A stretch of 64,000 bases of DNA, taken from Sedimentisphaerales bacterium (GTDB lineage Bacteria > Planctomycetota > Phycisphaerae > Sedimentisphaerales > Anaerobacaceae). This document shows positions 50,256 to 63,186 of this stretch, in pieces (positions within the stretch are counted from its first letter, which is position 1; every line of letters starts with the position of its first letter). The stretch lies in contig OY970194.1 of the NCBI GenBank assembly GCA_963708075.1, positions 992,001 through 1,056,000 on the forward strand. The letters are read 5' to 3'. The position numbers were made by a program, and so were the translations under genes. Below the pieces are notes generated by a model that saw nothing but the letters and a program-made list of their open reading frames with translations, made no database searches and was not told the origin of the DNA.

Positions 50256-50927
50256 CTACGTCTTCCCTCGTAGCAGGCCAAGGAAGTCTGATGCCTTGAG
50301 GTCGGACAGGCAGTCCACCACCCGATCCGCTTGCGCCAGGTCTTCCCGGCTGCGTGTCGTCGTCACGGCTACGACAGGCATGCCCGCCGCACGGGCCGCC
50401 TGAACGCCTTGCACCGCGTCCTCGACTACCGCACAGCAGGCGGGTCGCAAGCCCAGCTTCTGGGCTGCCTTCAAAAACGTCTCCGGCGAAGGCTTGCTCT
50501 CCGTGATTTCCTCCTTCGTCACGCGGGCATCAAAATAGTTGCCCAGGGAGAGCTGCGCCCAGAAGATATCCAGGTTCTCCGGCGGCGCGGAGGAGCCGAT
50601 CGCAAGACGAAACCCATGACGTTTCAGGTCCTTGAGCAAGGCCTCAGCCCCTTTGGCAAGCTGCAGGTGTTCCTGTACAAGATCGCGGTATCGCTGCTCC
50701 TTCCAATCCGACAGACGCTCCATCTCCCCCGTTGGGATGCCCGGACGCAGCATCGGCAGGATCGCGGCATTCTGCATCCCGAACGTGCGGCGGAAGAACT
50801 CGTCGGTCATCGCCAGTCCCTCCTTGCCGGCCAGGTCATACCATGCCTGGCGGTGGGCCCAGCCCGTATCCACCAGCACACCATCCAAATCAAAGATCAC
50901 GCCCAATCTGCCGTCGCAAGACGCCAT
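50256..50927 (-). CDS. HAD-family phosphatase (beta-phosphoglucomutase-like)
   Basis: FDLDGVLVDT, GSSA, KPSPE, VEDAVQG. Confidence 0.92.
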   Translation of the reverse strand: MASCDGRLGVIFDLDGVLVDTGWAHRQAWYDLAGKEGLAMTDEFFRRTFGMQNAAILPMLRPGIPTGEMERLSDWKEQRYRDLVQEHLQLAKGAEALLKDLKRHGFRLAIGSSAPPENLDIFWAQLSLGNYFDARVTKEEITESKPSPETFLKAAQKLGLRPACCAVVEDAVQGVQAARAAGMPVVAVTTTRSREDLAQADRVVDCLSDLKASDFLGLLRGKT

Positions 50928-51050
50928 GTGTCTCCTGTGTGCAACAGTTCCTGTCAATCATCACAAGGCCAATGCCTGAAATAGCGAAAGGCTGCGAGCA
51001 ATGCCCACAGCCTTTCGCCATTATAGCATTACCTGACAGTCGCTGCTACT

Positions 51051-54000
51051 TCAGAGTGGTTTGGCGACCGGCACCGTCTTGCCGGCAAGCCAAAGGATCT
51101 CTCCTTCGGACAATGCGCGGCCGTAAACACGCACGTCATCGATAAGACCGATGAACAGCTTATAGAGACTACCCTTGCTATGGTCGGTGATGGCGCCGAT
51201 GTACGCGTTGTGTTGAGTCGTGCCGGAGAGATCATAACCGGCCTCGACGGGCTCGGTTGCCTCCAGCCGCCCATCGATATAGATCTTGATGGAAGTGCCC
51301 TCTCTCTGGCCGGCAACGAAATGCCACCGTTCGTCATTCGTCTTGCTCGTCGAGTGAGCCTGTTCTTTTGTCACATTGTCGTCGCAAACCAGGGAGACAG
51401 CGCCTTCGGTCGCTTCGCTCATGACAAGGGCATAGCGATATCCGCCATCGGCGTCTCCGCCCTTGGCGAAAATCGTTCCTTTGTTATCGTCCCCAGTTCC
51501 CGTCATGCCGGTCTTGAACCAGGCCGTCACGGTCCAATCGCCGGTGCCGAAGTCGAGCAAGGCAGGATTGCTGAGGTCTACATAGCCGGCATCATTGACC
51601 TGGACAGCGGTCCCCTGGCCGAGCTTGCCCGGGCTGACCAATTGCCCATCGACGATGGCGCCATTCAGGCTGTTGCCGGAACTGTCGTTGGCGTTGCCTT
51701 CAAAGTCGTAGCGCGCCAGCAGTTTCGCGCTGTCCGGCTCGACGGGCGTGATGTACGCGGGGGCCCGAGGATACAGCCGGATGTCGTCGATGTACACGAC
51801 GCCGATTGCCCCGGCGCCTTCCACGCCGATCGTCAGCTTCGTGACATTGCTCAAGTTGCCGCCGACGGTGGATAGATCGACGGGCCACACCTGCCATCCG
51901 GCCGTGGTGATGTCACCGGCGTCGCCGCTGTACGGCACCTTCATGTTGTTGATCTTGAGGTACAATTGTCCGGTGTTGCCCTGATCGCCGTAGAAATAGA
52001 GCGACAGGCTCTTGATGCCGTGAGCGGTCCAGTCCTGGGCCGGAAACGTGCACTGAGCCTCCGCGGTTGCGACGCCCGTATTGTCGTAGGTCAGCGGCAT
52101 GGACTGCTTGCCGCTGTGGACGATAGTCGTCTCCGCGACGTTCCCCTGCATTGGGTCGTAACCCACGACAGCCCCGGTTCTCGTTGCCCGGGTTGCCCTG
52201 TGGGAAGAAGTCGTCGGGAGAGAAGCCCAGGCCGTCGATCCACGTCTGGAAAAGCCGGTTGGGCGAGCTGTTGACATAGGATTCGAAGTCATCGACGATC
52301 ACGTACTCTCGCGTCGAGAAGCTCCAGACGTCGCCTTTCCACAGGCTCGGAGTCGCGGCCTCATTGGCCTCGTTGACCTTCCAGTAGTAGACTTGTCCAT
52401 ACTCCATAGCGGCCGGTGTGAAGCGTCTCTCGGTCACGACTTCGACGGGCGCCGTGCCGTCGATCACTGCCTGCTCATCCGTGCTCAGGTAGACCTGGTG
52501 TGTAGCCGCCTCGCGGCCGGTCCGCCAACTGAGGATGCTGTCCACGGCCACATCCGTTGCGCCGGAGGCCGGTTGCGGCGCTCTGGCCTGGACGGGGATG
52601 TAGAAGAACCGCACCTCGCTCAAGCCGGTCTGTTCGAGCTTGCCGCCCCAGTTGCTCTTGATCGTCAGCCGGACGAACTTTGCCTGCAGACCCGCCATAT
52701 CCACCACTGCGCCCACCGGGTATGATTCGCCGCCTGTGGCCCGGTCGAACACCTGGTCGCGCAGCGTGCTCCACACAGCGCCATCCAGGGAGTACTCAAT
52801 CGTGACATCCTTGGCGCCGAAGCCAATGATGCCTTCGATATTCTGATTCGAGTTCCAGATCCATAATTCGTGGAGCTTGAGGACCTGGTCGAACTCATAC
52901 TGGATCCAGGCGGGCAACACGGTCCCATCCCCGGTGAGCCACATGGCGGTGTTCAGCGTCGAGTGCTGATCGCCGGTGAGTCCGGAGCCGTCCACGGTGT
53001 GGCCGGGTTCCATGTCCTTGGAAAACGAGCTGGCGGTTGCTGTCACGTTCGTGACGGGATAGCCCACGGGTTCGGTGGTAAAGGACCATACGTTGCCTTT
53101 GTACACGGTGTTGTCCGGGGCTCCATTGACCTCGTCCACGCGCCAAAAGTACGTGGTGCCGAAGTCCAGCCTGGCGGGATCAAACGTCGAGGCGTCCTGG
53201 CCCTTGCCGACCAGCACATCCAGGGGATTGGTTGTGGACGCATCGCTTGCACTGCTGAAGCTCGTCCCAAAGTAGACATCATGGGTAACGGCAAATTCCC
53301 CGGGAGTCCACGACAGCATGGAATCCACCGGGATATCAGTCGCTCCGTCGGCAGGCCGCGGTTCGGTGGGCAGCCCCGGTCGGCCGGAGACAAGCTCCTT
53401 GATATCCGCGGCCGACAGGGCGCGGGCATAGACGCGCGCTTCGTCGATCATGCCCGGCCAGCCCAAATTGGTTGCCCCAGCGCGGTTGCCGATAAGCACC
53501 GCCAGGCTGCTGTTGAACTGGGTGGCAGGGATGTCGGTCGTGGTGGTGGCGCGCAACTCGCCGTTGACGTACACCTCCATCACCTGTCCGGGACGGTAAA
53601 CGCCGGCCATATGCACCCATTCATCGGTCGGGAGCGACTGCGTGTCGCGAGCACTGAGATTGGTGGTCCCGTTGCTAGCGATCTGGAACGTGGCAGGGTA
53701 CCGGACACCGCCGATGTCGTTCTCGATATTCAGACTCCAGCATCTGTTGCCGCTGCCGCCAGCTTTGGAGATGATGCGGGCATTGTTTGTCTGCCCGCCG
53801 TTCAGGGACACCCAGGCGGCCAGGGTTATCTCTCCGGTAATCTGCAAGTGCGACGGATTGCCCACATTGATGTTTGTGCTGGCGCCCCCGTCGAATCGCA
53901 TCGCCGAATCAGGGGAGCCCATCCTGTCCGGCGCCGGGGTCACCGTGCCGTTGATTGTTCCGTTCGCCCCATTTCCGCTGGCGTCGGCGCCATCACCGTC

Positions 54001-54111
54001 AAGCGGCCAGTACCCGACGAGGCTGCTGGTGATGTCACCCGTTGCCGGCGACAGGAAAACCATGCCCAGAACAAGTCCCACGATTGCCGAAAGAAGTGAT
54101 TTCTTACCCAT
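51051..54111 (-). CDS. Secreted multi-domain LamG/discoidin protein (frameshift near 52180)
   Basis: Two LamG domains (LVGYWPLDG..IDEARVY; IDDVRVY), F5/8-like domain, repeated 'P.P..GATDV....L.W..G....H.VY' units; one extra A splits it into ORFs 51913-54165 and 51051-52292. Confidence 0.85.
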
Positions 54112-54258
54112 TGCAGCTCTCCTCACAAAAAGATGTGTTACGCCCTGGTATGAGCCACAAATCAAACTGTCTTATAGCACGCAAATGACCTCTTCGTCAA
54201 GGGAAAAGTGCCTCCGAACGTCCCTTCACGACGATGCACGCGTAGTCGTGTCGCGCCC

Positions 54259-55620
<1,362 letters not shown>

Positions 55621-55792
55621 CAATACCCCTTTCCGTGAAATCTGCTGGCACTTTCACAAATTTGCAGATGGATAGCCTACCCCGCTTGGGGTTGTTTGGC
55701 GAGAAGATTTCGGCTAAAGTGTTGCCCACGATGGGCGGTTGTATCGTCCATGGAGATTGGCTCATGAAGACTGACTGGAGGTTCAAGACCGG

Positions 55793-57106
55793 ATGGATAG
55801 GGGACGCGATAGGATACTCCTGCTGTTCACAATCGTGGTTGGTGGCGCGTGGGGACCGTTGTCGCGCGCCGCTGATTGGCCGCAGTGGCGGGGCCCGACC
55901 AGGGACGGCGTATGGTCTGAGACCGGCGTGGTCGAGCGATTCGACACCCGCGAGTTGCCCATCAAGTGGCGGGCGACAATCGGCAGCGGCTACAATGGCC
56001 CGACGGTCGCCGATGGACGTGTGTTCGTCATGGACCGTGTCACGCAACCCAGCCAGCAGGAGCGAGTTCATTGCTTCAATGCGCAAACAGGCGAGAGCCT
56101 TTGGTCATACACATACGAGTGTCCTTACGAGCGAGTGGAGTACAAGGCCGGTCCGCGAGCGTCGGTTACGATTTGCGACGGCCGGGCCTACTCGCTGGGC
56201 ACGATGGGACATCTGCACTGCCTCGACGCGAAATCGGGCCAGGTAATATGGAGTCATGATTGCAGACGGGAATATCAGGCGAGGGTCCCGGTGTGGGGCA
56301 TCGCCGCCGCTCCATTAATCGAAGGCGACCTCCTCATCGTGCAGGCGGGTGGCAAGGACAATGCATGTCTCATGGCTTTTGACAAGGCGACCGGACAGGA
56401 GCGATGGCGAGCGCTGAATGACCCGCTCTCCTACTCCGCGCCAATCGTTATCGAGCAAGCGGGCAAGCGCGTGCTCATATGCATCACGGGCCAGCGGGTC
56501 GTCGGCCTCGATCCTCAGACGGGCCGGCTCTACTGGGAACACCCGTTCCCGCCGAAGGAAATGGTCATCACCATCGCCACGCCGGTCTTCGATGGCGAGC
56601 ATCTCCTCGCGACGAGCTTCTATGACGGCTCGCTCCTGCTGAAGGTGCACCAGGATAAGCTCGGCGTGGAGCAAGTCTGGCAGCGGCGGGGAGCGAGCGA
56701 GCGTGACACCGATGCTCTGCACTGCTGCATCTCCACACCGATGATCCTGGGCGATCACATCTACGGCGTGGACAGCCACGGTGAGCTTCGCTGCCTGGAC
56801 CTCAAAACAGGTGACCGCATCTGGGAAGACTTGACCGCAACGCCAAAGGCCCGCTGGTCCAATATCCACATGGTCCGAAACGGCGACAAGGTCTGGATGT
56901 TCAACGAGCGAGGCGAGCTGGTCATCAGCCGGCTCGCCCCCGACGGCTTCCACGAAATCAGCCGTGCCAAGCTGATCGACCCGACCCAGGACCAACTCGA
57001 CCAGCGAGGCGGCGTCACCTGGTCCCACCCCGCCTTCGCCAACAAATGCATCTACGCCCGCAACGACAAGGAACTCCTCTGCGCTGACCTCGCAGCAAAA
57101 CCGTGA
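55793..57106 (+). CDS. PQQ-binding-like beta-propeller protein
   Basis: Signal peptide + DWPQWRGP.RDG, repeated 'D..TG...W' blades, WSHPA..N..IYARN. Confidence 0.9.
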   Translation: MDRGRDRILLLFTIVVGGAWGPLSRAADWPQWRGPTRDGVWSETGVVERFDTRELPIKWRATIGSGYNGPTVADGRVFVMDRVTQPSQQERVHCFNAQTGESLWSYTYECPYERVEYKAGPRASVTICDGRAYSLGTMGHLHCLDAKSGQVIWSHDCRREYQARVPVWGIAAAPLIEGDLLIVQAGGKDNACLMAFDKATGQERWRALNDPLSYSAPIVIEQAGKRVLICITGQRVVGLDPQTGRLYWEHPFPPKEMVITIATPVFDGEHLLATSFYDGSLLLKVHQDKLGVEQVWQRRGASERDTDALHCCISTPMILGDHIYGVDSHGELRCLDLKTGDRIWEDLTATPKARWSNIHMVRNGDKVWMFNERGELVISRLAPDGFHEISRAKLIDPTQDQLDQRGGVTWSHPAFANKCIYARNDKELLCADLAAKP

Positions 57107-57221
57107 CACAAAGAAGCTGGCGGCCCCGCCCAGTCCATGTTACACTCATATACAGATCGAGGCCCGAGTGTGACCCTGGTGCGTGCATTCGTTGAGGACC
57201 ATAGAGCGGGAGATTCTGGCA

Positions 57222-60200
57222 ATGGCTGTCGAGGAAGACCGGAGCGAGAAGAAACCTGTCAGAGTATTCATCAGCTACAGCCATGATTCCGACGAGCACC
57301 GCGAGCGGGTGCGCGGCCTTGGGGCAAGCCTGTCCCGTGACGGATGCGACTGCCGCCTCGATGTTTACAGGGACACCGACGAAGACTGGCCATCGTGGAT
57401 GACGCGGCAGTTGCGCGAAGCAGACTTTATTCTTTGCGTGGTCACCGAGACCTACGCGCGCCGCTTCCGCGACCAGGAACTACCCGATCAGGGACTTGGC
57501 GTTGGATGGGAGGCGGGTCTGATCCGGCGCTTGCTTTATGCCAAGAAGCTGCACAACGATCGAATTCTCCCCGCGGCCTTCGACGGGGCGGATCGGCAGC
57601 ATATTCCACTTGAACTCCAAGGCTACGACTTCTTCATGCTCGATGCACCAGCCGGCTACGAGTCGTTGCTGCGCAGGGTCCTGAAGCGCCCGCTCCACGC
57701 CAAGCCCGCTACCGGCACGCCGCCGGACCTCGGGACCAGCACAGCCTCGCCCCTGTTCGCTCGCCCCGGTGCAGCCCCGCCGTCAACCGGTACGGCGTCC
57801 AAGGCCGAAATCTCGCGCATCCTCAAATACGCCCCGGCGAAACTGATTGGCCGCGAGGACGAAATCAAGCTCCTCAGCGACGCTTGGGCCAAGGTTCGCA
57901 AGGAGACCAAGAGACGGTCCCACGTCCTCACCTTCGTCGCTCTCGGGGGCGAGGGGAAGACCTCGCTCGTGGCCAAGTGGGCGGCGGAGCTGGCCGCCCA
58001 GGACTGGCCCGGCTGCGACGCGGCCTTTGCGTGGTCGTTTTACAGCCAGGGCACGCGTGAGCAACTGGCTGCTGACTCCGACCTGTTCCTCAAGGCGGCC
58101 CTCACCTTCTTCGGCAACGACGCGGACAAGCAGTTCGCCGCCGGCAACGCCGGCGCGCATCGAGAAAGGCCAGCGCCTCGCCCACCTCGTGGGCCAGCGG
58201 CGCAGCCTCCTCATCCTCGATGGCCTCGAGCCGCTGCAATACGCGCCCACCTCGCCCACGCCGGGCCAGCTCAAGGACCAGGGCATCGCCGCGCTGCTGC
58301 AGGGCCTTGGCCACCGCCAGCCACGGCCTGTGTGTCGTCACCACCCGGTATTCGCTCCCGGACCTGAAGGCGTTCTGGCAGACCACCGCGCCGGAGGTGA
58401 AGCTGCTTCGCCTGTCCCGCGACGCCGGCGTGCATTTGCTGAAGACCCTCGGCGTGCGCGGCACGGCGAAGGAATTCGAGACGATGGTCGAAGACGTGAA
58501 GGGCCACGCCCTCACCCTGACCCTGCTCGGCTCCTACCTGCACCACGCGCCACGGCGGCGACATCCGCAAACGCGATCTCGTGAAGCTGGAGGAAGCAGA
58601 TGCCGAAATCGAGGTCATCCCTGAGCACCTTAACCACACCTTCCACGTCATGGATGCCTATGCGAAGTGGTTTGAAACCGGCGGGAAGAATGAAGAGGAA
58701 AACAAGAAAGGACGGCGTGCGCTGGCTTTGCTGCGGCTGTTGGGCTTGTTCGACCGTCCGGCAACCGCCGATTGCCTGACGGCTCTATGGACGGGCGAAC
58801 CCATCCCGACCCTTACCGAGCCGTTGCTTGGGCTGAACGATGCACAACGGAATATTGCACTGACAAAGCTCGAAGCCGCGAAGCTGCTCACGGTGAACCG
58901 CGATGCAGCCGGCGTGCTCGTCTCGCTCGATGCGCATCCGCACCTGCGCGAATACTTCGCCCGGCAACTGCGCACGCAACAACCTGACGCCTGGCGTGCG
59001 GCCCACCGGCGGCTCTACGAACACCTCTTCGCGACCACGAAGGAAGGCGACCAGCCGACCCTCGAAGCCCTTCAGCCGCTCTACCAAGCCGTAGTCCATG
59101 GCTGTCAGGCGGGGTTACAGCAGGAGACGCTTCTGAAGGTCTATGACGCGCGAATCAAGTGGAGGAACGATGCATATAGTCTCAATAGACTCGCTGCCTT
59201 CGGTGCCGACTTGGGAGTCATCCCATGTTTCTTGGACCAACCGTGGACCCGTGTCTGGTCATCACTTGGAGAATCTGAACAAGCTTGGCTCCTGAGCCAC
59301 GCTGCCGCCTACCTTCGCGCCTTGGGTCGGCTGACTGAGGCTCTCGAGCCGATACGCACTGCGACCGATTGGGCCGCGAGCAACAAGGACTGGGAGCACG
59401 CCGCCGTTGGTGCCAGCAACCTGAGCGAGTTGGAGCTGACGCTGGGCGAGGTGGCCGCGGCGGTGAGGGACGCCGGGCAGTCCGTGACCTACGCCGACCG
59501 CAGTGGTGATGCGTTTTGGCGCTGTGTGTCTCGCGTCCAACACGCCAACATGTTGTACCAAGCTGGCAACCGCCACGGCGCGGCGAAACTCTTTCAGGAG
59601 GTTGAAGGCATGCAAGCTGAGCGGGAGCCCAACTACCCGCTGCTGTATTCACTTCAGGGTTTCCTGTATTGCGACCTGCTCTTGACGGAGGCAGAGCGTG
59701 CCGCGTGGCAGTGGCAGGTGAACCAGAAATCAGTGGACAGAAAACTGAGGATAGAATTGGTCGAGGTGTGCCGTGCCGTTGAGCAGCGTGCGGGATCGAT
59801 TGAGAAACGGACAACCGGTCTTCCTACCTATTCTCTCCTCGATATCGCCCTCGACCACCTCACCTTGGGGCGTGCGGCGCTCTACCGAGCCGTCCTCGAA
59901 ACATCCGCAATCCGCAAGTCGGAATCCGAAATTGAACAGGCCGTGGCCAGCCTCCGGCACGCCGCCACGACGCACCACATCCCCCGCGGCCTGCTCACCC
60001 GGGCCTGGCTACGGACTCTCACCGGCATGCTCACCGGCCCCGAGAGCGCGCAGAGCGACATAGACGAAGCCTGGGAAATCGCCGAGTGTGGTCCCATGCC
60101 GTTATTTCTTGCGGACATCCACCTCTACAGAGCCAGGCTCTTTGGACCGCGGAGAGCGGAAACGAAGTATCCTTGGGACTCGCTGCAGGCCGACCTCGCC

Positions 60201-60287
60201 GAGGCCCGGCGGCTTATCGAGAAACACGGCTATGGTCGCCGCAAAGAAGAACTGGCCGACGCCGAAGAGGCGGCCAAAGGGTGGTGA
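57222..60287 (+). CDS. SEFIR/TIR - STAND NTPase - TPR protein (three frameshifts near 58158, 58308, 58549)
   Basis: VFISYSHDS...DW..WM..QL.EADFIL.V.T..Y (SEFIR/TIR); ALGGEGKTSLV Walker A; LLILDGLEPLQ Walker B; VVTTR sensor; GHALTL.LLG; helical repeat C-terminus. Confidence 0.85.
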
Positions 60288-60315
60288 GAGACTGGCGTGC
60301 TTCGCTTCAAAGGAT

Positions 60316-60340
60316 GGGCGGGTTTGAAACCCGCCCCTAC
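60316..60340 (-). repeat. GTAG-type REP-like palindrome
   Basis: Minus strand GTAG-GGGCGGGTTT-C-AAACCCGCCC. Confidence 0.65.
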
Positions 60341-60451
60341 GAGAGGGTGCACACAGGGGTATGCGGGAGGTTGCACGCCGGCGGGCGGGACGGTACCATC
60401 GTTCTGTCGTATGAACAGGATCCAGTGGACGGCATCGAAGGAGATCGGACT

Positions 60452-61834
60452 ATGGCAGCATCGATAACACGTCGCGCGGTCCTGCGGGGTGCGGCTTTGG
60501 GCGGGGCGGGGTTGATTCTGGTCGCGAACAGGTCCGCGCGGACTTATGCGGCTAATGACAGGGTGAATGTGGCGTTGGTTGGGGTGGCGGGGCGGGGGAG
60601 TTGGTTCTCGGATACCATGCCGCAGATGGCCAATGTGGTTGCCATGTGCGATGTGAACGAACGCAAAGCGGGGCCATATTTCAAGGCGATCCCGGAGGCG
60701 AAGAAGTACTCGGACTTTCGCAAGATGCTGGAAGAGATGGATAAGCAGATCGACGCGGTCTGCGTCGCCACGCCGGACAATACGCATGCGGTCGTCTCCG
60801 CGATGGCCATCCACATGGGCAAGGGCGTGTACTGCGAGAAGCCGCTTACGCACGATGTCTATGAGGCTCGCGTCTTGCGCAACCTGGCGGCGGAAAAGAA
60901 GGTCGCGACGCAACTGGGCAACCAGGGGACGGCCAGCGAGGCGTTTCGCCGGGCGGTCGAGTTGATCTGGGCCGGCGTGCTCGGGGACATCCGCGAGGTG
61001 CATGTGTGGAACACCAACGGCGGCTCGGGCGAGCGGCCGCTGCCCACGGACGAACACCCCGTGCCGGACTACCTGAAGTGGGATTTGTGGCTGGGCCCGG
61101 CGACATGGCGGCCGTATAACTCGCGTTGGGCCGAATGGCACACATGGCGCGACTTCGCCACCGGCCAGCTTGGCAACTGGGCCTCGCACACGATGAACGT
61201 GGTGTTCAAGGGACTCAAAATCGACTCGCTCTGGCAAAGCGGATCGCAAGGGACAAAGTCCTGCGTAATTCGTATTGAGCCGGAGGTCTCGGGGGTTCAT
61301 CAGCACACATTCCCCCAGTGGGAGGTCCTGCGATACCAGATCCCGCCGCGGGGTGAGCTGCCCGCGATCACCGTGAACTGGTACAACGGCTCCGGCAAGG
61401 CCCCGCAGTGCCGTGAGCACGTGGAAGAGATGATCGGCTACAAGCTCGATTGGGGTGATACGGGCGAGAAGAAATGGGCGGACCATGCCGGCTGTGTGAT
61501 TGCGGGCACCAAGGGTATGATCCACTCCACCGGGCATAACGCGGCGTTTTCGCTCTTGCCCAAGGACACGTTCAAGGACTTCCAGGGACCGGCCCGGACG
61601 CTGCCTCGCTCGCCGGGCCATGAGCGCGAGTGGCTCGACGCGGTCAAGGGCGGGCCGGCGGCGATGTCAGATTTCAACTACGGTGGGCCTTTGGCGGAAT
61701 TCGTGCTCCTCGGCAACGTCGCCACGCTTATTGGCAAGCCCGTTGAATACGACCCGATCTTGACGAAGGTGGTGAACTCGGCAGAAGCAAACGATGCACT
61801 GAAGCGGGAATACCGGAAGGGCTGGTCGCTGTGA
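60452..61834 (+). CDS. Gfo/Idh/MocA oxidoreductase with Tat signal
   Basis: TRRAVL, GVAGRG, TPDNTH, YCEKP, TQLGNQG; GAAGGAG SD. Confidence 0.92.
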   Translation: MAASITRRAVLRGAALGGAGLILVANRSARTYAANDRVNVALVGVAGRGSWFSDTMPQMANVVAMCDVNERKAGPYFKAIPEAKKYSDFRKMLEEMDKQIDAVCVATPDNTHAVVSAMAIHMGKGVYCEKPLTHDVYEARVLRNLAAEKKVATQLGNQGTASEAFRRAVELIWAGVLGDIREVHVWNTNGGSGERPLPTDEHPVPDYLKWDLWLGPATWRPYNSRWAEWHTWRDFATGQLGNWASHTMNVVFKGLKIDSLWQSGSQGTKSCVIRIEPEVSGVHQHTFPQWEVLRYQIPPRGELPAITVNWYNGSGKAPQCREHVEEMIGYKLDWGDTGEKKWADHAGCVIAGTKGMIHSTGHNAAFSLLPKDTFKDFQGPARTLPRSPGHEREWLDAVKGGPAAMSDFNYGGPLAEFVLLGNVATLIGKPVEYDPILTKVVNSAEANDALKREYRKGWSL

Positions 61835-63123
61835 AGAACCGGGAAAACGTGACGCGACGTACCTTTCTGCGAGGTGTGACAGGCGTCTGTGCCTTTCCGC
61901 ATGTCATCTCTGCATCGGCGCTTGGAGGCGAGGGCGCGGAGGCCCCGAGCAACCGGATCACCATGGCTTGTATCGGCCTCGGCGGGCGGGGCAAGGAGAA
62001 CATGCGGAGCTTCCTGGGGCACAGGAGTTGCCGGGTCGTCGCCGTGTGCGATGTGAACGCCAATCGGCTGGAAGAGGCCCGCAAGATCGTCAACGAGCAA
62101 TACGGCGACACGGGCTGCGCGGTATATCGTGACTATCGGGAGGTGCTGGCACGGGCTGACATCGATGCCGTATCCATCGCCAGTCCGGACCAGTGGCATG
62201 TGCTTCAATCGGTGGAGGCGGCTCGCGCGGGCAAGGACATCTTCCTGGAAAAGCCGCTGGGGCTCAGCGTCAAAGACGACATCGCGCTGCGCGAGGCTGT
62301 GCGTGGCTACGATCGGGTGTTTCAGTTTGGCACGCAGCAGCGCTCGGACCGCAATTTCGGCTTCGCCTGTGAGCTGGTGCAGAACAGGCGGATCGGCAAG
62401 CTCCAGAGGATTGTCGTCTCGGTGCCGGCCAGCCGGGCCGTCGGCCTCGTTCCGCCCTCGCCTGTGCCATCGTGGCTCGACTGGGACATGTGGGTGGGGC
62501 CCGCCCGCTGGATGCCCTTCACAGCCGGCGTGATCGGCAACTGCGGCGAATGGGGCCACATCAGCAACTTCTCGCTCGGCTGGATCACCACCTGGGGGAT
62601 TCACCACGTGGATATCGCCCAGTGGGGCGCCGATTCTGACAACAGCGGGCCCGTGGAGGTCGAAGGGACCGGTGAATTCCCTGACGAGGGCCTTTACGAC
62701 TGCGCCACGGCTTGGGACATGACCTGGAAGTATGCGAATGGTGTCGTCGTGAAGTTTATCGACAAGATCAAACGTCGGCAGGGCGTGCTCTTCGAAGGCA
62801 CTGACGGCTGGGTCTTTGTGGAGCGTGGCGTCATCGAGGCGGAACCCAAATCACTGCTGCAGGAGCGTATCGGCCCGGACGAGCGACACCTGACAGTCAG
62901 CACCGATCACTGGGGCAGCTTCCTCGATTGCGTCAGGACGAGAACGACGCCCGTGTCGTCCATTGAATCGGCGGTGCGCACCGATACGGTCTGCCACATT
63001 TGCGATATCGCGATGCGTCTGGGCCGTAAGCTCCGCTGGGACCCGGCCGTCGAGCAGTTTGTCGACGACGCCGAGGCCAATCGCATGTTGACCCGCTCCT
63101 GGCGCAGTCCCTGGCACCTGTAA
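61831..63123 (+). CDS. Gfo/Idh/MocA oxidoreductase with Tat signal
   Basis: TRRTFL, GLGGRG, PDQWH, EKP, GTQQRS, WGIHHVD. Confidence 0.93.
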   Translation: MKNRENVTRRTFLRGVTGVCAFPHVISASALGGEGAEAPSNRITMACIGLGGRGKENMRSFLGHRSCRVVAVCDVNANRLEEARKIVNEQYGDTGCAVYRDYREVLARADIDAVSIASPDQWHVLQSVEAARAGKDIFLEKPLGLSVKDDIALREAVRGYDRVFQFGTQQRSDRNFGFACELVQNRRIGKLQRIVVSVPASRAVGLVPPSPVPSWLDWDMWVGPARWMPFTAGVIGNCGEWGHISNFSLGWITTWGIHHVDIAQWGADSDNSGPVEVEGTGEFPDEGLYDCATAWDMTWKYANGVVVKFIDKIKRRQGVLFEGTDGWVFVERGVIEAEPKSLLQERIGPDERHLTVSTDHWGSFLDCVRTRTTPVSSIESAVRTDTVCHICDIAMRLGRKLRWDPAVEQFVDDAEANRMLTRSWRSPWHL

Positions 63124-63186
63124 TTGAACGCGTGGACGCCGGCACGCGTACATAAGGCATTCGAATACTGTGTAAGGCATAGACGC

